Shown piece after piece: positions 1 through 12,009 of a stretch of 64,000 bases of DNA. How positions within the stretch are numbered: the first letter of the stretch is position 1; every line of letters begins with the position of its first letter. The position numbers and the translations under genes were made by a program. The notes beneath the pieces are model-generated. The model was not told where the DNA came from and did not search any database. It saw nothing but the letters and a program-made list of their open reading frames with translations. The DNA is from Folioceros fuciformis (lineage: Eukaryota). The stretch lies in NCBI GenBank assembly GCA_049999805.1, contig JBNGIO010006119.1, positions 40,770-104,769 of the forward strand, in the 5' to 3' direction.

Positions 1-1327
1 GAGTTCAGAGAAAATCGGGAGAAAAAGAGAAGGAATTTGGACCTCATGTTTCATGTAAAGGCAGGCTCAGTAGAAATGGAATTAAATCCTTTAGAGGGAG
101 ACTATAAAGATGCCTCACTAATGTCAAGAAATATCATTGAAGAATTCAATGAGCTTGTTTTACAGAGAGCAAATGTAAAGGTAGGTATTTTCTAATTTAT
201 CATAAGATAGATGCCATTCACAAACAAAGTCCATAGTTTTCCAAGGTTGTTGATTCTCGGTTGCTCATTATTCTATAAATGGTTCATTTTACTAAAACGT
301 TATTTAATATTTGTAGGTAGATATGTTAGTCCAAATAAAAAATTTCAAGAGAGAAATTTATGAAGTGCTATGGGATATCAAGAAATTGAAAATGTTAACT
401 AGAAACTTGATCGAGAAGGTTCGCCATTTGCAATTACTACGTTCAACTAAGGGTAACTTACTTCGACTTGAAACAGTGTGTACGAAATATTACTCAAGCA
501 AATCATTTCCTTTTAGTATAGCTAATATTTGTGAAAACAATTCCAGTCCTTCAAAATGTGATAAAAACTGGGGAAGATCTATCCCTTGCATCGGAAAGTG
601 CTGCTTTGCAAAACAGGTATAGATTATTCTTATAACCTATGTTGTTTAGTATTAATTTTGTTTATTTGTATTTATATAGTGACATGATTATTTAACTTGT
701 TCAAACTTGGTACTTCAACTTGTATTTTAGGCTGGAACATAATGAAGCTTTACAAGAGAAGAAACTTATGGAGAAGGATACCCACTTACACCAACTGATG
801 AAACAGGCAAGACTAGTGACTAAACAGAATGGAGACCTGCAAAATCAAGCATTCATGGTTTTCCAGGAGTACAGCTTCCAAGAGAGCCTTTGCAGTAGTG
901 CTGGTATGTTGATGCGAATATTTTATCGTGTTCTATAGGTTGTTGTGATGTGTAACATGAAAATTAATTTTGTATCTTTTGTATGATAGTGGCGAAGGAA
1001 AGCAAAGGTGCTGCATTAAAACAGCGCACCGAGGGCATATTTAAGCAAAGAAGACTTCGCGAATTAGGTCTTCATTGTTACCTATTACTTGTATATATGT
1101 TGGGTGGAATTTGTATGGTTCTTTGTACAAGTTCACATTCTAGTGATGTGGTTCTTACATATGTAAAAATTCTTTTTCAAACAGCTCATGCTCAACTGGA
1201 CTATCTATTTGCTTTAAGTAAGGAGTACGAGAGGGTCAGAGCGCGTACTCTTCCTCATATTCCTTTGAAGTCGGTGATTAAAAAGAAATCATTGAAAAAA
1301 ATTAGAAAACAAAAGGCAGAAATTTGA
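1..1327 (+). CDS. CFAP43: 3' part of cilia- and flagella-associated protein 43 (WDR96-like); 5' end lies outside the window
   Basis: GT-AG exons ~1-180, 317-452, 547-616, 731-903, 990-1067 and 1185-1327 splice in frame. The product reads ...KAGSVEMELNPLEGDYKDASLMSRNIIEEFN...IKNFKREIYEVLWDIKKL...HLQLLRSTK...LAHAQLDYLFALSKEYERVRARTLP, which resembles the CFAP43 coiled-coil C-terminus (GQVE..DY.DA.L..R; KDFRKGI..LEW; LR.RTFP) as recalled. Confidence 0.75.
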
Positions 1328-1456
1328 TCAAGATGAGATAGTTCAGCATTAGTCGACAGTATGTTTTTAAATGTACCATAATAGCCATTTTAATAGGTGA
1401 GGTTGCCAATTTTGAAATTGGAGTGAAGGACTCATGGTAATCAAGTCGTCACTCCT

Positions 1457-1503
1457 ACCCTTAGGGTTTAGGGTTAAAACCCTAATCTTAAACCCTAGAC
1501 CCT
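1457..1503. repeat. Short inverted cluster of plant telomere-like repeats (TTTAGGG / CCCTAAA)
   Basis: Sequence reads accc ttagggtttagggtt aaaaccctaatcttaaaccctagaccct. Confidence 0.7.
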
Positions 1504-1896
1504 GCAACCTTGTCCTGTTGGGAATGCCCTGCAATTAGAGCAGTCCATGTCACCATATCTTCTAGACCCATTTCACAAAACAATCTTTGGGCATCCTTTA
1601 GGCTCCCACACTTTGCATACATGTTCGCCAAGCTATTGGCTACAGACACATTAGCCAGATCTCCTTGTGCTCTGATTAGCTTATGGAGCTGCTTCCCCAT
1701 CACCAGAGAAGGGGAGCCCACACTGGCACATGCCTGCATGTGGCAGACAGACATGAGTCATAGAGCTGGGTACAGCCACCCCTCCTTCCAGCATAACATT
1801 GTAGACAAGAAGTGCTTCCTGCCCCATGCCCTACTGGGTGTACTCGGATATCATGGTAGTCCACGTCACAACGTCCTTCTTAACGAGTCCGTCAAA
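1500..1896 (-). pseudogene. PLS-class PPR gene fragment
   Basis: Translates FDGLVKKDVVTWTTMISEYTQ*GMGQEAL, then a frameshift, then QACASVGSPSL..GKQLH..ANSLANMYAKCGSLKDAQRLF..DMVTWTALIAGHSQQ. Truncated on both sides. Confidence 0.85.
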
Positions 1897-2451
1897 GTGC
1901 TAGAAGTGCCATAGCCCGCCAAAATCAGGCCCTCCTGCTCCATTCTGTCCATACTGAACATTGTTGTGCTCTTGGCATCAGCTGTCACATATGCTTCGGT
2001 TCAGTTCATTAGCTATAGAGCTAATGGCTAACTACCTTAAGTGAAAAGGCAAAATTTAGTCCATGCCACCAAGACTTCAGGCTGGTCATAGTCCATGCCA
2101 CCAAGACTTCAAGCTGCTCACATGCGCCTTTCTTCACTTGTGACTGCAAAACTGCAAAAAAGGGCTGCCCTCGCCGGGCTGCCCTGAGTTGGTAAGTCAC
2201 CTGCGGAATGCCACCACCACCCTCAAGCTCAGGATCTTGCAAAGGAAAAACTACTCTTGCTGTCCACAGAAGACAATCGGGCAAGAAGGGGTTTAGGTCA
2301 CACGACAGTTCCTCTAAGTGGCGACTTCAACAACGAGCTTCCTCCATGGCCACGCTAGGTTTTCTACTCCGCGGGCAATTGCATTCTTTACGCTCACTCC
2401 TAAGCTCCACGTTAGGTGATCCTCACTTAGATTGGCTCACACAGGTGGTGT

Positions 2452-2518
2452 GAGCCCATGGCACTTATGCTGGGAGCCCACGGCACTTATGCTGGGAGCC
2501 CACGGCACTTATGCTGGG
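2452..2518. repeat. 22-bp tandem repeat x3
   Basis: (GAGCCCA[T/C]GGCACTTATGCTGG)x3. Confidence 0.9.
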
Positions 2519-3109
2519 AAAGAAGCCCTGGCTGGCGCTTCGGCTATATACCTAATTTGGTTCAAGTTAATCTAATTCACTATTTTTCTAATCAACTATG
2601 AATCACTATTCTGCATTAAACTATTTATTTTGTTATAACTATCTAAAATGCATTTTTAGCACAACTTCACGACAACATACAAAACAGCCGAGCCCCTCGT
2701 TGCATTCCCAGGAACTGCATCCATGGACATTGTTACATCTACGGCACTCGCTCGATTTCCTTCAGCTTTCCGCCGTCCCTTGGACTCTTTCCTCCTCCTT
2801 CTCGGGTTGGTGGCTTTCCCATTCCTTCTTTCAATAAAATATTCCATCCTCAATACATATGTTGGGTTCAATCAAATTTTTACAATAATAACAATAGAAA
2901 ATATATGATGGGATTAAGATTGAAGCTTCGGCCAAGGGCGTGTTGTATCGAGGGCATTGCGAGGTACCGTACATAGCGACCAGATGGTACGCCGTGTTTG
3001 GCATGGATTCCGTGGGTTCGGGCTGCACGGGTATGTTCCTAGCTTCGACCCGATGGTGGGTGAAGCAGTGGAGCATTTTGGGGCGGTGAGGGCTAAGGGG
3101 AGGAGTCCA

Positions 3110-4854
3110 CCAGGCTTGCGGGCATCAAATGGGTTGAATGTGAACAACAAGACACATGTCTGGTTGAAGCTCGGGAACAAGTAGTCTTGCAGAGCTAGGT
3201 AGTGAGCTTGCCCACCCAGATCCCAAATAGTAACTTCCATCTAGTCGTCGTTGCGCAGCACCTCGATCTCTATGCCTTCCGTTCTGGGGACAGTACCCAC
3301 CTGGTTGGATGATCCGGCTCTTGTGAGTGGAACATTACCGAACCAGGAACCATCCCAAGCTAGACACAGTTGTTCCCACGATTGGACTCGGTTGGCTGAT
3401 GCGGCTCCTGTACAATGTGATGTGTGTGGTTGCGATGTGCGACATGCGGAGATCCTGGGCCTCACAGCCTCTTGCCCCTCCACACGCGAAGGCCAGTAGG
3501 CCCTGCGAACAAAATTGCGTGCCAACATCTCGTTGATGATGTCCTGCTTTCCCTCCCTCCCCCAGTTTGTGAACTCTACGTAGATATTCTGTAAAGTGGT
3601 GTTCACTTGGAGGGACTGCATTAATTCTCTGAACAGCTCATCGTCGAGTCCCTCGCAAAACACAATGCGGAGCTCATTCAAAGAAGTATTTTTCTCCAAA
3701 GACTGCACCACCGCTTTCATGAAAGAGGGCCACTGTATGCCGCCGAAAGTCAGGACACGTAATGACTTGCATTCCATAAACGACATCGAAAATTCACTTA
3801 AACAATTGTCACCGTTGTATCCCAACAACGTAAGATTGGAAAGGGTGGAGCTATGGCGCCAGGCGTCCAGGCCAAACTTGACAGCAAGCAAGTTCATGGT
3901 CAGCTCCGTGATACACTCGTTGGTGCTCAACATTCCCGCCAGCGCGTCGGCCAAGCCTGGCTCCTCGCTGTTCCCGATATCCAACGTCAGCTTGGTGACC
4001 CCAGACATGGCGGCATCAGCATCAGCACGGGTGAAAGCAAGTTTGCACACAGTGCTCATGGGCCCCAGGTTGCCGTGTACGGAACCCCTAACGGCATTAC
4101 GCCCACCCGGATATTTACCATTCAAAGAAAGCTCCCGGAGCGAGGCACAGAGCGGAAGAGCGTTTGCAATACACTGGGCTCCCTCCTCATCNNNNNNNNN
4201 NGCACAGAGCGGAAGAGCGTTTGCAATACACTGGGCTCCCTCCTCATCCATGCCGATCCCAAGCAGACACAGGGCATGGAGACGCGGAGCGGTGGCCAGC
4301 ATGCGAGCCAGGTGCTGTGCCCCTTCACCATCTCCCACTCTGTTGTAGCTTATGTTCAAATACTCCAGGACACAATCCTGGTTGAGGCCATCCACCATGG
4401 CACCAAGTCCAGCGGCATCAAGCCCAATCTTTTCTGCCTGCAGCTGTCGCAAGCTGCGACTGGAAGCAATAAGCTGACCCAGGGCATTGCAACCCGCCAG
4501 CCTTCCAAAACCTTTGCACTTATACAGATGAAGATATTCCAGGGAAGGGTTGGATGCCAGGCCCCCCAACAGAACCGCGCATTCATCCTCCCGAGCGAGG
4601 CCGATTTCCCACCCTTCAGATATCCTCAGGCCGCCGCGGAGACTGCGGCACTGGCCGAGAGCAGTTAATACCCGCTTGCGCACTCGCCAGTGCCTGCCAT
4701 CCGTGCTCGTTGAAGCTCCCCATCTGAAGAAATCGCCGTACTCCTCTTCGTCCAAGTTGGGGAGTTCGGACAAGGCATTCCCTTCCAGATCTTGCAGCAG
4801 CTGTTGCAGCTCATCTGGCAAGTCGCGCCAGTCATAGTCCTCCTGCTCCGCCAT
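3110..4854 (-). pseudogene. TORNADO1-like LRR (RI-type)-Roc protein, disrupted and truncated
   Basis: A 537-aa ORF carries ribonuclease-inhibitor-type LRRs (LEYLNISYNRVGDGEGAQHLARML; SLQVNTTLQ). It continues RTEGIEI...[TAG 3241-3243]...IWDLGGQAHYLALQDYLFP...LFTFNP (Roc G2/G3 region). No P-loop GxxxxGK[ST] and no COR domain; assembly gap at 4192-4201. Confidence 0.75.
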
Positions 4855-4935
4855 GCTGTTCTAAGCTGCGCTTCCCAATGCAAGCAAATGTGATGGATGG
4901 ATCGTACGTATCATGCGTTTTGTAGCAGGGGCAGC

Positions 4936-5245
4936 AAACTCACAGCACACACTCGAGGATTGCGACACCAGACAAGGACAGGCTACGGGACAGCGACCTC
5001 ACAAGCACGCACTCGCGGAGGATTGGGAGACAAGACAACGATAGGCCAGCAGCCAGCAACCTCCCAAGAACACACTCGAGGAGGGTTGGCAGACCACACA
5101 AGGACAGGCTAGGGGACGGGGACATCAACCTCACAGCACACACGCTCGAGGAAGATCCCGATTGGAACCCCAGACACGGATAGGCTAGGGGATGATAACC
5201 TCACAGCACACACACACTGGGGGAGGATTGGGACATCATACAAGG
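4936..5245. repeat. Imperfect ~60-70 bp tandem repeat x5 upstream of the LRR-Roc start codon
   Basis: Core AACCTCACAGCACACACTCGAGGAGGATTGG...ACAAGGA(C/T)AGGCTA recurs at ~4936, 4995, 5058, 5127 and 5197. Confidence 0.75.
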
Positions 5246-5735
5246 CCTCTTGAATCTCCGAGACGAGAGGGTTGTGTGGTAGGCGGCAAGAGAGCTGACA
5301 GGTCTTACTCTCCCTTCACTCGTCAACGCGTGAGCGTGCTTGGCTTTTCCCTTTCCCCACCGCTCTCTCTCGGTGTCTGTGACCTGGGTATTCCTCCTCC
5401 ATACTTGCGCGCAGTATTTTTTCAAACCACACCTAGGTGTCGTGGACTGACTGGGCCAGCCAGCATCGTGGACAGAGCAGGAAAGGGTAACCAACCCTCC
5501 TTCGAATTCTCTCCCCCCTACCCCTTCTTGTCACAACACGACATGTCTTTTGCTACACTGCTGCTTGCACGAAAGGTGCCTTCCTTTACATGGAAGGCAG
5601 GTACAACAGGTTTGAGGGCGATGGGACCCAGCACCTGAGCTCAGCTTAGCTCAGCTAGGTTCCTAGCCCAGTCATCGTCATCCCTTCCTTTGGACTCATC
5701 AGGGGGAAACGCGGTTTGTCCGGACCAAGCGCGTT

Positions 5736-8058
5736 GCCTGCAGGAGGCACACAAAGGTCGCAGGCTTCGGTAAAGTCATTCCTTTTTCTTCCATGACACG
5801 GTACAGATGAAGGGCCTCCTGCCCCATGCCCTGCTGTGAATATCCTGCTAACTTCGCAGACCATGTTACCGCATCCTTTTCACCAAGTAGGTGAAACAAT
5901 CTGTAAGCATCTTCCAAGCTACCGCACTTTGCATACATGTCGATTGGAGTGTTGGCTACAAACACATCAGCTTCAAGCCCTCGCTCTCGGAGTTGTGCAT
6001 GGAGCTGTTTCCCCCTCTCCAGAGCCGGGTTGTCCACACTTGCACATGCCTGCAGAAGGCACACGATGGTCACAGGATCATCAGCTACAGACAGGCTACC
6101 TTCTTCCATGGCACTAAAAACACGAAGGGCTTCCAAACCCAGTCCCTCATGGGAATATCCTGCAATATGAGCATTCCGTGTGGCTACATCTTTCTGACCA
6201 GGTCTGTCAAACACTCTCTGAGCATCCTCGAGACACACACACTTCGAATACATCTTCACCAAACTGCTGGTTATAAACACATCGCCTTCAAGCCCTTGCT
6301 CTCTAATTTGTGCATGAAGCTGCTTACCCTTATCCAAAGCTGCTGTGCCTACACTTGCACATGCCTGCAGGAGGCCCACAAGTGTCACAGAATTGGGAGT
6401 TACGATCCCTTCCTCTTGCATACTGTTGTACAGAGACAGGGCCTCGTGCCCCATCCCCTGCTGGATATACCCTGCTGTCATGGAACTCCACGTGACCACA
6501 TTCTTCTCACGAAGTCCATCAAACACACTCCTGGCATCCTCTAGACTGCCGCACTTTGCAAACATGTTCACCAAACTGTTGGCTACAAACACATTAGCTT
6601 GATGCCCTTGTTCTCTACTTTGCACCAACAGCTGCTTCCCTGTCTCCAAAGCAGGTGTGCGCACACTTGCACATGCCTGCAGACGGCACACAAACGTCAC
6701 AGAATCGGGAACAGCCATGTCATCTTTATGCATAGCTTTGTACAGAAAAAGGGCTGCCTGCCCCAAGCCCTGCTGGGCATATCCTGCTATCATCGCACTC
6801 CAAGTAACTACGTCTTTTTGAGCAAGTCCGTCGAACACTCTCTAAGCATCCCCGAGACTATCACACTTTACATACATATTCACCAAACTATTGGCTACAG
6901 ACACCTCAGCTTGACGTCCACGTTCCCTAATCTGTTCATGGAGCTGCTTCCCCTTCCCCAAAGCTGGGGTGCCCACCCGTGCACATGCTTGCAGGAGGCA
7001 GACAAATGTCACAGAGTTGGTGACAGCAATCCCTTCTTCTTGCATCACACAGTAGAGCAGAAGGCTTCCTTCCCCATTCCTTGCTGAGAGTATCCAGATA
7101 TCATCGCAGGTCAGGTCACCAAATCCTTGTCACCAAGTCCGTCAAAAACGCTCTGAGCGTCTTCCACGCTGCCACACTTTGCATACATGTCCCCAAAGCA
7201 ATTACAAACAAACAAATCAGGCTCAAGCCCACTGGCCAAGATATCAGCATGCACCTGCTGCCCAGCTCTCAGGTCCCTTCCCCTTGCACAGGCCTGAAGT
7301 GCTGCCACGAACAGATGACCATCTGGCTTCACACTGGACCTGCGCATCCGTTGATACAGCTGCACGGCCTGCTTGTCTTGTCCATGTCTAACATGTGCAG
7401 AGATTATGGAAGACCAGATGAAGGCATCTGGTTCAGCAACCATGGTGAACACATCCATCGAGTCTTGCAACCTGCCGAACGAAGCATACATTCGCAGAAT
7501 GTGGGTGCTCAGGAACGTGTCCGACTAATACGCCTTGTCCATCGTCAACCCATACACCCGACGACCCAGAACAAGATTCTTCTTCAACACACATTTCTTA
7601 AGTACAGTATAAAACAGAGACTTCAGAACACAGGAGTCTGTCCGCACCAGAACTTCCAGAGCCTCAACAGCCTCAGTGAGCAGGCCCTCGTGACATAGCT
7701 TGCTCACAGTTTCAGCCATCACAATCCTATCGTATCCTGCAGGCCTGAGATTGTCCCGACCGTCGGGCAAGCTAGATTTGGGCTTAGAGACCTCACGACC
7801 CATATGCACATCCCAAGCAGCAAGCTTCGACTTCACCCAGGCTGGCCTGTAGAGGTGGTGCAGCCAGAGCCCCTCATCAGATTCTCAGTGCCGGCAGTCA
7901 GGCGAACGCTTACTTTTCTTAGCATGCCTGTTATCCCACCACTTGGGTCCCGAAAGAATTGTCCCCACAATAGCTCCTGCTGACGAACCTAGCTGGCAGG
8001 TCCGCCTCCATCCAGCCATCCTGTTGGATGAGCTGCATGTCCGGCTGAAGGCTCCCAT
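5736..8058 (-). pseudogene. PLS-class PPR protein (organellar RNA-editing-factor type), pseudogene
   Basis: ATG 8058 with an N-terminal extension, then LCHEGLLTEAVEALE and repeated P-L-S triplets (DVVTWSAMIAGY / SVTFVCLLQACA / VFVANSLVNMYAKCGSLEDA). In-frame stops at 7885, 7525, 7111 and 6842, a frameshift near 7055, and an abrupt break at ~5736. No E/DYW domain. Confidence 0.9.
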
Positions 8059-8104
8059 CTTTCGGCTGGCTCGGTTGGCAAAGCTCGCTTCCTTGAAGTC
8101 AATT

Positions 8105-8675
8105 GCGCATCTCCCAGGCTGCCACACTTTACGTACATGTTTACCAAACTGTTGGCTATCACCCCATCAGCTTGGTGTCCTTGCTCTCAATCCGCTTGTG
8201 AAGCTTGATCCCCGTCTTGATTTGTGCATGAAGCTGCTTACCTATCTCTAACGCTGGAGTACCAACAGTTGCACATGCCTGAAGGAGGCACACAAACGTC
8301 ACAAACTTGGGTGCAACGATGCCTTCTTCATGCATAGCGCTGTAAAGACTTAGGGCTTCCTGCCCCATGCCCTTCTGGGAATATCCAGCTATTATGACAC
8401 TCCACGTCACCACATTCTTTTCACAGAGTCCGTCAAACACAAAGCGGGCATCCTCTATACTGCCACACTTTGCATACATGTTCACCAAGCTGTTCGCTAC
8501 AAACACATCACCTTCATGTCCCTGCTCTCTAATCTTCTTGTTTGATGGCTGAGTCCATCAAATCACTCTCTGAACACCCTCGAGGCTGCCACATTTTGCA
8601 TACATGCTCAACAAACTGTTGGCCACCGACATTTCAGCATGATATCCTCGTTCTGTGGTTTGCACGTGAAGATGC
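8105..8675 (-). pseudogene. Additional PLS-PPR fragments
   Basis: VFVANSLVNMYAKCGSIEDARFVFDGLCEKNVVTWSVIIAGYSQKGMGQEAL...FVCLLQACATVGTPALEIGKQLH, with internal deletions and frameshifts. Confidence 0.85.
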
Positions 8676-9302
8676 CTCCATTAGAGCCCTAAGATAAACA
8701 TGGTGTTGCTTTGGGTGTAATAAGAATTCAAAATCTTTGGAATCGGTGAACTCTGACATGTCTTCTTGTTCTTGTCAAACGGGACATGGATGAAGACTCA
8801 GATTGGACATCGCGATGGTACATGCCATGTCCAAACAAAAACATGCCTACGATAGTTTAAAATCTATGAATATTGCAGAAACAATGGACCGTATACTACC
8901 TACGAGTATTCCAGAAACAATGAATAAAACTCTTCGGGCAGGGCAGTTTCAACAGCTTACAGCATGTACTTCGTACTATGAAGCGAGACCGCAGATAGAG
9001 AAAATTCAGGAAAACCGTATAATTTCATTTTACAGCTTCTGTTTTTCAAATAAAAATAGTTAAAAAGAATATCCTTGAATACCGGTCAAGGTTGAAGAGC
9101 TAACAACCACCGACCAACCTTAGCTCGCCTCCTACCCATCACCTAAAATCCCGTCACCCCTAGATTTAACTACCGATCAAGATGCCTGACATAGCTTGGA
9201 CATAGCATGGACATAGCAATGGTACATAGTCGTAAAAGAACTGAAGAAATATTCCAGCCGAGAGGTTGCGATGCCAAATATTCGAAGACGTCATCAACTG
9301 CT

Positions 9303-12009
9303 CTATAGATTCTGCGACGAGGAGCCTGACCTGCCCTTCAGCTGGCGGGTGTTGTAAGAGGAGCAAGCCGGGCATTTAAGACCAACGATATGGAAAATCA
9401 CGTCCGTCTTCGCACCACAATCGTTGCACAGGATACGGACCTGCGATAGATTCGCGTCAGCTTTGGAGCCCTTTTGTTCACACCCAACGGATACCAGGAA
9501 ACACAAAAAATTGATGCCAGAGCTTACCTCCTTGTTCTGATAACTCACTGGCATGGGGGTTGCGGCCACCTACAGGAGAAACCCGTGTTGATTCAGTCCG
9601 ATAAGCAGTATTTCATCATAGACTGACTGCTACAAAGAGACGCGCGCCTTACCTCGCGATCACGTTCTTCCCATACTGTAGACATGTCCTCGAGGGTCGA
9701 CCTGGAGCAGATCGGACAGGAATACCTGGAGGCATTCACAGCTCAGCTAACCACCGGGAAGTGAAGAGAAACTGGCCGCAGAACGAGTAGAGAATTCAAC
9801 TTACTGGCGGTGCAGATGCATTTCTCTCATGCAAGCCTCGTGCATTGTGTGACCACAGCGCATGACAGTGATGGACTTCAGGGAGTCAAAAAGATACTGC
9901 GACACCCGTCATTTCCCAGTCTCAACAGCCAGGTTATACTGCGCCAAAGACTCCTGACTTGCAATAGGATTGGGAAGCACAAAACGAACCTCAAAGCAGA
10001 CAGGACAGTTGTGATGCATCGCATTTTCTACACAGGGATGACCCGATTCCAGCTTTCTCGAGTAGCAACACCCTGCTCGCTCCGCCAGTTAAGACAACTC
10101 AGATTGTAGCACGTAGTCAGACAACGACACGCTAAGAAAAGCTAATGGATCTACAGTCAAAATTCTAAGACCACAGGATCAGCTTGCATCAGGATAAGAG
10201 TATGACAGCATGAGCATGCTAAAAGCAAATGCTTCTGCTCTTCCTATTCAAGACATCACTTGCATGCTGGCCATGCCTGCAGTCGGGCAGCACCTACGTC
10301 GGAGCAATGCTCCCAGGTAGGGACCAAAAAAGTGCTGAGGGAGGAACAGTTTACTAACTAAAAATGCAAACAAAATCCCATCCGAAGCGGATGAGCTAAA
10401 GCACGGAGGCCAGGCTTACCGCAACGTTCACAATGGAAGAAGTTATGGTTGCCTCCTACTCTGCAAAATCCCATTCCCCAGGATATACCCACAGATGACT
10501 CAGTCAACAGACACTTCACCTTCAGCAGCAGAAGGTAACATAACTAGCAGTACGTTACAGATCGTTCTAGAAATGGGAGATGTGAATTCACATTACCTGC
10601 AAATGCCACAAGCGTCACAGTGGAACTGCTCCTTAGACACCTGAAACATGATTTCAAAAGCGATGATCCACTTTAAAGAAATACTTGCGACACTATGAAC
10701 ACCAAACACTCAGAAACTCATAGGTAAGCGTTTTGGCATCGGAGAACGCCACTGATTATTTGGCATGTGGATGAATTGGTCCCACACACATGGAATACTA
10801 ACATCGTCGTCGAAGAACTTGCAAGTCGCGCAGAAATATTTCCCCATGCACACTCCACAATTCTCACAAATCTGTTGCACCTGTTCCCGATTGCAACAAT
10901 ACGTTAACATTGAAGTCTCCGAGTTACTGATTCTGTGAAAACGAGACAGGCTTTCAAAAACATACCTTTTGCTCTGTGTCGCAAAGTGAGCAAATCACCT
11001 GATGATGCAACGAACGATCAGCGATAATTCACAGCCAAAAGCTTTAACGGTAAGGTCAAACGAATACAGAGCTTCCCGAAGACACTGCGGTCCGTCCAAC
11101 ACATAGTGATATCTTCCGCTCGTTTCTTACCTTCTCCACTTCGTGCCGGGGCAGGTCATGCTTCTTCCAGGGATCAAGTTCATACGCGTTCTACAAAAGT
11201 GACGAATTCCCAGGTCAGGCTACCATGAAGACGTCTAAGCCTGAAGGTAACGCGTTAAGTATAACCCCTTCTACCTTCACATCGTTATGACAATGCCGAC
11301 AGTCAAAAACTTCATTGCAACAAGGAGCTCTGATGCGACACCGACGTCGATAATGCACGCAACTGACATCACAGCCAGCGTAACAAAATGCACAGGTTCA
11401 GCAATGCTTAATTGCAACAACGGAGATCATTGTTTTCAACAGACCGGAGGAAAGAACACACAAAAGCCGGGTATCTGTGAGGGAGCAGGTGAAGACAGGC
11501 CAACTCACCCATACATCTTCAGCCCTACGTCTAATCTCTCGGAGTTGTCATCTTCAACCTCACTCTCACCATCGTGAGCCGAGTCGCCGGGAATGAGGAG
11601 GGGGCCCAGAAGCTCCTCCTGCCCTCAGACGGAGACACACGTCAGCACACCGTAGCATATCCCTTGCCGTCACACAACAATCCGTTCTAAAGAAAAGTCC
11701 ACAAGTCTACCATCGGCAGAACAGGCGCACACGGCATAAGCTGCAGGTCATTCAAATCCACAATGCGCAGCACAAAACCCGCAAAAAGTCCTGCATCACA
11801 GCCAGCATCAAGCGTAGCCGAGCACGCAGGGTCGGCCAAGTCCAGCACAGGTATGAACCTAAGCCTCCGAGAGCGAGTCCAACTCGGATCACCTGAGCGC
11901 CACAGGACTGCAGCACCGACTGCTCAATGCTGTGGTGAAGCGCACCCGCCCGGAATCCATTGCTCTGCAGGCATGAGGATGTCAGCCCCTCCGGCCCTGC
12001 CACCGACAT
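9303..12009 (-). CDS. CHY-type/CTCHY/RING zinc-finger E3 ubiquitin ligase (MIEL1/RZFP34/PIRH2 family)
   Basis: Multi-exon: [79 protein letters not shown], and [26 protein letters not shown]; stop at 9303. The first coding exon (ATG 12009 to 11893) is tentative. Confidence 0.88.

Noticed and set aside
2452..2518. CRISPR-like appearance of the 22-bp repeats (also the 23-bp repeats at 39496-39600)
   Set aside because: The repeats are directly adjacent with no unique spacers, there are no cas genes, and the context is eukaryotic.
2968..2995. PYIATRWYA on the plus strand, resembling the kinase YVATRWYRAPE motif
   Set aside because: No DFG, HRD or APE context; probably chance.
3241..3243. Stop codons in the LRR-Roc and PPR genes being repaired by U-to-C editing or readthrough
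   Set aside because: That editing is organellar, and these nuclear relics also carry frameshifts and deletions.
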